From the IMG/VR virus record IMGVR_UViG_3300042868_013265, positions 1 through 64,000 of that record: a stretch of 64,000 nucleotides of DNA. One strand, written 5' to 3'. This DNA is from an uncultured virus (IMG/VR IMGVR_UViG_3300042868_013265). Lineage: Duplodnaviria > Heunggongvirae > Uroviricota > Caudoviricetes. This document shows, piece after piece, positions 60,901-64,000 of this stretch. Position 1 is the stretch's first letter. Every line of letters begins with the position of its first letter. The position numbers and the translations under genes were made by a program. Under the pieces are notes generated by a model. That model was given only the letters and a program-made list of their open reading frames with translations. It was not told the origin of the DNA and did no database searches.

Positions 60901-63900
60901 AGTTCAGGAAGCGCAGGCACATCAGGTAGTTCGGGTACTTCAGGAGCAAATGGTTCAAGTGGCTCAAGTGGAACAAGTGGTTCTTCAGGAAGCGCAGGTT
61001 CAACAGGGTCATCAGGTTCATCAGGAACTTCGGGTTCGAGCGGTACAAGTGGTTCAACAGGTTCAAGCGGCTCTACGGGCTCAAGTGGGTCTACGGGTAC
61101 ATCGGGTTCAAGCGGTTCAAGCGGAACTTCGGGAGTAAATGGTTCAAGTGGTTCATCAGGAACAAGTGGTAGTGCAGGTTCAAGTGGAACAAGTGGTTCT
61201 GCGGGTTCATCAGGAACATCAGGCTCTGCAGGCTCTTCGGGAACTTCAGGCACAGCGGGTTCAAGTGGAACATCAGGAACACGTGGTTCTTCAGGTTCAT
61301 CAGGCTCTACAGGTTCTTCAGGTACTTCGGGTTCATCAGGAACAAGTGGTAGCACGGGTTCATCAGGCTCTACAGGTTCAAGCGGAACGTCGGGCTCATC
61401 AGGAACATCAGCATCAAGCGGAAGTTCAGGAAGCGCGGGTACATCGGGCTCAAGCGGAACTTCAGGAGCAAATGGCTCGTCAGGTACTTCGGGCTCTTCA
61501 GGAAGTGCGGGCTCAAGCGGTTCAACAGGTTCTTCGGGCACATCAGGCTCAAGCGGTACATCAGGAAGCGCGGGTTCAAGTGGTTCTACAGGTTCTTCGG
61601 GAACAAGCGGTAGCGCAGGTTCTTCAGGCACATCGGGTTCTGCAGGCTCGTCAGGCACGTCAGGTGCAAATGGCTCAAGTGGTACTTCGGGGTCTGCGGG
61701 TAGTGCGGGTTCATCGGGCTCTACGGGTTCATCAGGGACATCAGGTTCAAGCGGTACATCAGGAAGCGCAGGTTCTTCAGGCTCTACAGGTTCTTCAGGA
61801 ACGAGTGGTAGCGCGGGTTCTTCAGGTACATCAGGTTCTGCGGGCTCTTCAGGCACATCAGGTGCAAACGGTTCAAGTGGTACAAGCGGAAGCGCAGGTT
61901 CAAGCGGTTCTACGGGTTCGAGCGGTACGAGCGGGTCAAGCGGAACAAGTGGTAGTACAGGTTCAAGCGGTTCAACAGGCTCAAGTGGAACAAGCGGAAG
62001 CACAGGCTCTTCAGGCACATCGGGCTCGGCAGGTTCTTCAGGAACATCAGGCTCGGCAGGTTCTTCAGGAACATCAGGCACAGCAGGTTCGAGTGGTACT
62101 TCAGGAACACGTGGTTCTTCAGGTTCATCAGGTTCTACAGGAACGAGCGGTTCAAGCGGAACAAGCGGTAGCACAGGTTCAAGCGGTTCAACGGGTTCGA
62201 GCGGAACAAGTGGAAGTACAGGTTCTTCAGGCTCTACAGGCTCAAGTGGAACATCAGGTTCAAGCGGAACAAGTGGAAGCACAGGTTCAAGCGGCTCAAC
62301 GGGTTCAAGTGGTACTTCGGGTTCATCAGGAACATCAGCATCAAGCGGAAGTTCAGGAAGTGCGGGTACCTCAGGTAGTTCAGGCACTTCAGGGGCAAAT
62401 GGGTCGAGTGGCTCAAGCGGAACAGCAGGTTCTTCAGGAAGCGCAGGTTCTTCGGGTTCTACAGGTTCTTCAGGAACAAGCGGTTCATCAGGAACAAGTG
62501 GTAGCGCAGGTTCTTCAGGCTCTACAGGCTCAAGCGGAACAAGCGGTAGCGCAGGTTCATCAGGCACATCGGGTTCTGCAGGCTCTTCAGGCACATCAGG
62601 TGCAAATGGTTCAAGTGGCACAAGCGGTTCAAGCGGAAGCGCAGGTTCTTCGGGTTCTACAGGAAGTTCAGGAACCTCAGGTTCAAGTGGCACAAGTGGT
62701 AGCACAGGTTCAAGCGGGTCAACAGGTTCAAGCGGAACGAGCGGTAGCGCAGGTTCTTCAGGAACATCAGGCTCGGCAGGTTCTTCAGGAACATCAGGCA
62801 CAGCGGGCTCTTCAGGCACGTCAGGCACAGCAGGTTCAAGTGGTACTTCGGGAACACGTGGTTCTTCAGGTTCATCAGGTTCTACAGGAACAAGCGGTTC
62901 AAGCGGAACAAGTGGAAGCACAGGCTCAAGCGGCTCTACAGGCTCAAGTGGTACTTCGGGTTCGTCAGGAACATCGGCATCAAGTGGAAGTTCAGGAAGT
63001 GCGGGTACCTCAGGTAGTTCAGGCACTTCAGGGGCAAATGGCTCGAGTGGCTCAAGCGGAACATCAGGGTCTTCAGGAAGCGCAGGTTCTTCAGGTTCTA
63101 CAGGTTCTTCGGGAACAAGCGGTTCATCAGGAACAAGTGGTAGCACGGGCTCAAGCGGTTCTACAGGCTCAAGTGGGTCTACGGGAACATCGGGCTCAAG
63201 CGGAACTTCAGGGGTAAATGGGTCAAGTGGTTCTTCAGGAACTTCGGGTTCTGCGGGCTCATCAGGAACGTCAGGTTCTGCGGGCTCTTCGGGAACGAGC
63301 GGAAGCGCAGGTTCAAGCGGAAGCACAGGTTCATCAGGTTCTACAGGCTCATCAGGAACGTCGGGTTCTGCGGGCTCATCAGGAACGTCAGGTTCTGCGG
63401 GCTCTTCGGGAACTTCAGGCACAGCAGGTTCAAGTGGAACATCAGGAACTCGAGGTTCTTCAGGTTCATCAGGTTCTACAGGCACTTCAGGCTCAAGCGG
63501 AACAAGTGGAAGCACAGGTTCAAGCGGGTCAACGGGCTCAAGCGGAACAAGTGGAAGTACAGGTTCAAGCGGTTCGACAGGTTCAAGTGGAACAAGTGGA
63601 AGTACAGGTTCATCGGGTTCTACGGGTTCAAGCGGTACGAGTGGCTCATCAGGAACATCGGCATCAAGCGGAAGTTCAGGAAGTGCAGGTACGTCAGGTA
63701 GTTCAGGAACATCAGGAGCAAACGGCTCATCAGGCTCATCAGGAACTGCAGGTTCGTCAGGTAGCGCAGGTTCTACAGGTTCTTCAGGTTCCTCAGGAAC
63801 TTCGGGTTCATCAGGAACAAGCGGAAGCGCGGGTTCAACAGGTTCATCGGGCTCAAGTGGGTCTACGGGAACATCGGGCTCAAGTGGCTCAAGCGGTACA

Positions 63901-64000
63901 TCAGGTGCAAATGGCTCGAGCGGCTCAAGCGGAACAAGCGGTAGTGCGGGCTCATCAGGAACTTCGGGTTCTGCAGGCTCATCAGGAACGTCAGGTTCTG
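51961..64000 (+). CDS. Giant collagen-like Gly-X-Y fibre protein with a C1q/TNF-like domain (3'-partial, >4,013 aa, absent from ORF track)
   Basis: ATG at 51961 (MAKNILITPY...); no in-frame stop seen to the window end; C1q-like segment at about 53401..53850 (GIYEFTFSPQ, IRKNG, NDFIEL, PAAPSIIV). Confidence 0.88.
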   Translation, partial: MAKNILITPYRNSTNPLELPKIDFINGSTAITLQVEETSQSLTFVGSAGTLLQINNDLTGTTISTKNIAITGVIKNTGITSNSGLNDFVVVDIATGQFYYRSAPTGTSGSSGQSGTSGTSGANGSSGTSGASGSSGTSGANGSSGTSGANGSSGTSGVNGTSGTSASSGTSGANGSSGTSGDSGSSGTSGANGSSGTSGANGSSGTSGANGSSGTSGNSGSSGTSGANGSSGTSGESGSSGTSGSNGSSGTSGSSGTSGNSGSSGTSGDSGSSGTSGANGTSGTSGESGSSGTSGNSGSSGTSGNSGSSGTSGANGSSGTSGASGAEITDGWDWGTPVNSTKMYSSNGNLDSSTVLLNISETSLSLTDYASQFALMGVGSRITTRGGLFAANVTNWEVTSVTDAGTYYEFGVVYLSGTQWTPTSGDDILCDFAIAGKSGSSGTAGTSGQNGSSGTSGANGTSGTAGTTGSSGTSGAGVANYYAQYSSSQSQPLLAVNTPQVVTYDTVEIENGISFSGGQITVQYSGIYEFTFSPQVEKTQGGTAVNVDFFIRKNGFDVIRTDSILGLVSNSSTQLPFVALTLELLQNDFIELLFASTTTFVQLTAVGAKTTPFIAPAAPSIIVSLKNIGVAAVAYTSTSGTSGQSGTAGVSGSSGTSGSTGSSGTSGESGTSGTSGSTGSSGTSGENGSSGTSGSTGSSGTSGESGSSGTSGENGSSGTSGSAGSSGTSGSTGSSGTSGESGSSGTSGSSGTSASSGTSGSTGSSGTSGSAGSSGTSGSTGSSGTSGESGSSGTSGSTGSSGTSGESGSSGTSGESGSSGTSGDSGSSGTSGESGSSGTSGESGSSGTSGESGSSGTSGTSASSGTSGSTGSSGTSGENGSSGTSGSTGTSGSSGSSGTSGENGSSGTSGESGTSGTSGSSGSTGTSGSAGTSGSTGTSGSTGSSGTSGSSGTSGENGSSGTSGSAGSSGTSGENGSSGTSGSSGTSGSTGTSGESGTSGTAGSSGSTGTSGSAGTSGSTGTSGSAGSSGTSGSSGTSGENGSSGTSGSTGSSGTSGSTGTSGSTGTSGSSGSTGSSGSSGESGTSGSTGTSGSTGSSGTSGESGTSGTTGSSGSTGSSGTSGSSGTSASSGTSGSSGINGSSGTSGSTGTSGSAGTSGANGSSGTSGSAGSSGTSGSTGSSGTSGSSGTSASSGSSGSSGSTGSSGTSGSSGTSGANGSSGTSGSAGSSGTSGSTGSSGTSGSSGTSASSGSSGSTGSSGTSGSAGSSGTSGANGSSGTSGSSATSGSAGSSGSAGTSGSSATSGSSGSSGTSGSSGTSGANGSSGTSGSSGTSGSTGSSGTSGANGSSGTSGSSGTSGSAGSSGSTGSSGTSGSSGTSGSAGSSGSTGSSGTSGSSGSSGTSGANGSSGTAGSSGTSGSSGTSGSAGSSGTSGANGSSGTAGSSGTSGSAGSSGSAGTSGANGSSGTSGSSGSSGSTGSSGTSGSSGSTGTSGSSGTSASSGTSGSSGSAGTSGANGSSGTSGSSGSSGSTGSSGTSGANGSSGTSGSAGSSGSTGSSGTSGSSGTSGSTGSSGSAGTSGSSATSGSSGSSGTSGSAGTSGANGSSGTSGSSGTSGSTGSSGSAGTSGANGSSGTSGSTGSSGTSGSAGSSGSTGSSGTSGSTGSSGSTGSSGTSGSSGTSGSAGSSGSAGTSGANGSSGTSGSSGTSGNAGSSGTSGSSGSSGSAGTSGSTGSSGTSGSAGSSGTSGSAGSSGSTGSSGTSGANGSSGTSGSSGTSGSTGSSGSSGSTGSSGTSGSSGTSGSTGSSGSTGSSGTSGSAGSSGTSGANGSSGTSGSSGTSGSTGSSGTAGSSGTSGTRGSSGTSGSTGSSGSTGSSGTSGSSGTSGSAGSSGSAGTSGANGSSGTSGSSGTSGSTGSSGSSGSTGTSGTAGSSGTSGSAGSSGSTGSSGSSGTAGSSGTSGANGSSGTSGSSGSSGSTGSSGTSGSSGTSGSAGSSGSTGSSGSSGTAGSSGTSASSGSAGTSGSSGTSGANGSSGTSGSAGSSGTSGSSGSAGTSGINGSSGTSGSSGTSGSSGSSGSTGSSGTSGSAGSSGSTGSSGSSGTAGSSGTSGANGSSGTSGSAGSSGTSGSSGTSGTAGSSGTSGTRGSSGTSGSTGSSGSTGSSGTSGSSGTSGANGSSGTSGSSGTSGSAGSSGTSGSSGTSGSTGSSGSTGSSGTSGSAGSSGTSGSAGSSGTSGANGSSGTSGSAGSSGSTGSSGTSGSSGTSGSAGSSGSTGSSGTSGSAGSSGSTGSSGSSGTAGSSGTSGANGSSGTSGSSGSAGSSGSTGSSGTSGSSGTSGSTGSSGSTGSSGTSGSSGTSASSGSSGTSGSAGSSGTSGANGSSGTSGSAGSAGSSGSTGSSGTSGSSGTSGSTGSSGSTGSSGTSGSSATSGSAGSSGTAGSSGSSGTSGANGSSGTSGSAGSTGSSGTSGSSGTSGTAGSSGTSGTAGSSGTSGTRGSSGTSGSTGSSGSTGSSGTSGSSGTSGANGSSGTSGSSGSAGSSGSTGSSGTSGSSGTSGSTGSSGSTGSSGTSGSSATSGSAGSSGTSGSAGSSGTSGANGSSGTSGSAGSSGSTGSSGTSGSSGTSGSAGSSGSTGSSGTSGSAGSSGTSGSAGSSGSAGSSGTSGANGSSGTSGSAGSSGSTGSSGTSGSSGTSGSTGSSGSTGSSGTSGSAGSSGTSASSGSSGSAGTSGSSGTSGANGSSGTSGSAGSAGSSGSTGSSGTSGSSGTSGSTGSSGSTGSSGTSGSSGTSGSAGSSGTSGSSGTSGTAGSSGTSGTRGSSGTSGSTGSSGSTGSSGSTGTSGSSGSSGTSGANGSSGTSGSAGSSGSTGSSGTSGSSGTSGSAGSSGSTGSSGTSGSSATSGSAGSSGTAGSSGSSGTSGANGSSGSSGTSGSSGSSGSTGSSGTSGSSGTSGSAGSSGSTGSSGTSGSSGTSASSGSSGSAGTSGSSGTSGANGSSGSSGTSGSSGSAGSTGSSGSSGTSGSSGTSGSTGSSGSTGSSGSTGTSGSSGSSGTSGVNGSSGSSGTSGSAGSSGTSGSAGSSGTSGSAGSSGTSGTAGSSGTSGTRGSSGSSGSTGSSGTSGSSGTSGSTGSSGSTGSSGTSGSSGTSASSGSSGSAGTSGSSGTSGANGSSGTSGSSGSAGSSGSTGSSGTSGSSGTSGSAGSSGSTGSSGTSGSAGSSGTSGSAGSSGTSGANGSSGTSGSAGSAGSSGSTGSSGTSGSSGTSGSAGSSGSTGSSGTSGSAGSSGTSGSAGSSGTSGANGSSGTSGSAGSSGSTGSSGTSGSSGTSGSTGSSGSTGSSGTSGSTGSSGTSGSAGSSGTSGSAGSSGTSGTAGSSGTSGTRGSSGSSGSTGTSGSSGTSGSTGSSGSTGSSGTSGSTGSSGSTGSSGTSGSSGTSGSTGSSGSTGSSGTSGSSGTSASSGSSGSAGTSGSSGTSGANGSSGSSGTAGSSGSAGSSGSTGSSGTSGSSGTSGSAGSSGSTGSSGTSGSAGSSGTSGSAGSSGTSGANGSSGTSGSSGSAGSSGSTGSSGTSGSSGTSGSTGSSGSTGSSGTSGSAGSSGTSGSAGSSGTSGTAGSSGTSGTAGSSGTSGTRGSSGSSGSTGTSGSSGTSGSTGSSGSTGSSGTSGSSGTSASSGSSGSAGTSGSSGTSGANGSSGSSGTSGSSGSAGSSGSTGSSGTSGSSGTSGSTGSSGSTGSSGSTGTSGSSGTSGVNGSSGSSGTSGSAGSSGTSGSAGSSGTSGSAGSSGSTGSSGSTGSSGTSGSAGSSGTSGSAGSSGTSGTAGSSGTSGTRGSSGSSGSTGTSGSSGTSGSTGSSGSTGSSGTSGSTGSSGSTGSSGTSGSTGSSGSTGSSGTSGSSGTSASSGSSGSAGTSGSSGTSGANGSSGSSGTAGSSGSAGSTGSSGSSGTSGSSGTSGSAGSTGSSGSSGSTGTSGSSGSSGTSGANGSSGSSGTSGSAGSSGTSGSAGSSGTSGS
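52276..52935 (+). repeat. Gly-X-Y coding repeat block 1 (about 73 triplets)
   Basis: GTS/GSS/GAN units. Confidence 0.9.
53878..64000 (+). repeat. Main Gly-X-Y coding repeat (about 1,120 triplets, continues past the window)
   Basis: 9-nt periodicity; Gly codons at 53878, 58081 and 63967 share the same register modulo 9. Confidence 0.95.

Noticed and set aside
52232..63217. Long + strand VLQVQ/EHQ ORFs and short minus-strand LNL ORFs
   Set aside because: Alternative-frame readings of the same 9-nt periodic repeat
53889..63515. 3208-aa minus-strand Pro/Glu/Val ORF (and 52296..52892)
   Set aside because: Antisense shadow of the Gly-Ser-Thr repeat; the + frame has an ATG, globular domains and operon context
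52276..64000. Possible CRISPR array or non-coding satellite
   Set aside because: No constant repeat with unique spacers; variation is mostly synonymous, so the repeat is coding
1..64000. tRNA/rRNA genes, integrase, transposase, stop-codon recoding
   Set aside because: None recognised by eye; genes tile densely under the standard code. tRNAscan and Infernal were not run

Overview
The window is a gene-dense, AT-rich stretch of a virus genome, most likely a bacteriophage of Bacteroidota: it has TTG-N19-TAnnTTTG promoters, A-rich leaders without Shine-Dalgarno sites, and no housekeeping genes. Layout: (1) 0.1-5.8 kb, minus-strand glycosyltransferase/FkbM operon with a TibC/Aah-like transferase. 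(2) 6-13.5 kb, early and replication genes plus two more glycosyltransferases. (3) 13.9-28.8 kb, large polyvalent-type proteins (ART-like, LPD29-like plus six wHTH, ParB-like, DUF2958-RelA/SpoT, AAA+/VWA-like pair) punctuated by a repeated [MFLY]-x-x-G-G motif. (4) 28.8-44 kb, morphogenesis module with an A32/P9-type FtsK-HerA packaging ATPase, a 233-aa capsid-protein candidate, about 26 small membrane-anchored proteins, a lytic transglycosylase and an HExxH peptidase; no terminase, portal or tail genes were recognised. (5) 44-64 kb, fibre and glycosylation module ending in an ORF of more than 4,000 codons that the ORF track missed (51961 to past the window end), with a C1q-like domain and about 1,120 in-register Gly-X-Y (Ser/Thr) triplets. 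Best hypothesis (inference): an unusually large, tailless, membrane-containing (Varidnaviria-like) phage that glycosylates a giant proline-free collagen-like fibre and may proteolytically process its structural and ejected proteins. All family assignments come from motif recognition by eye and need HMM or structure confirmation.
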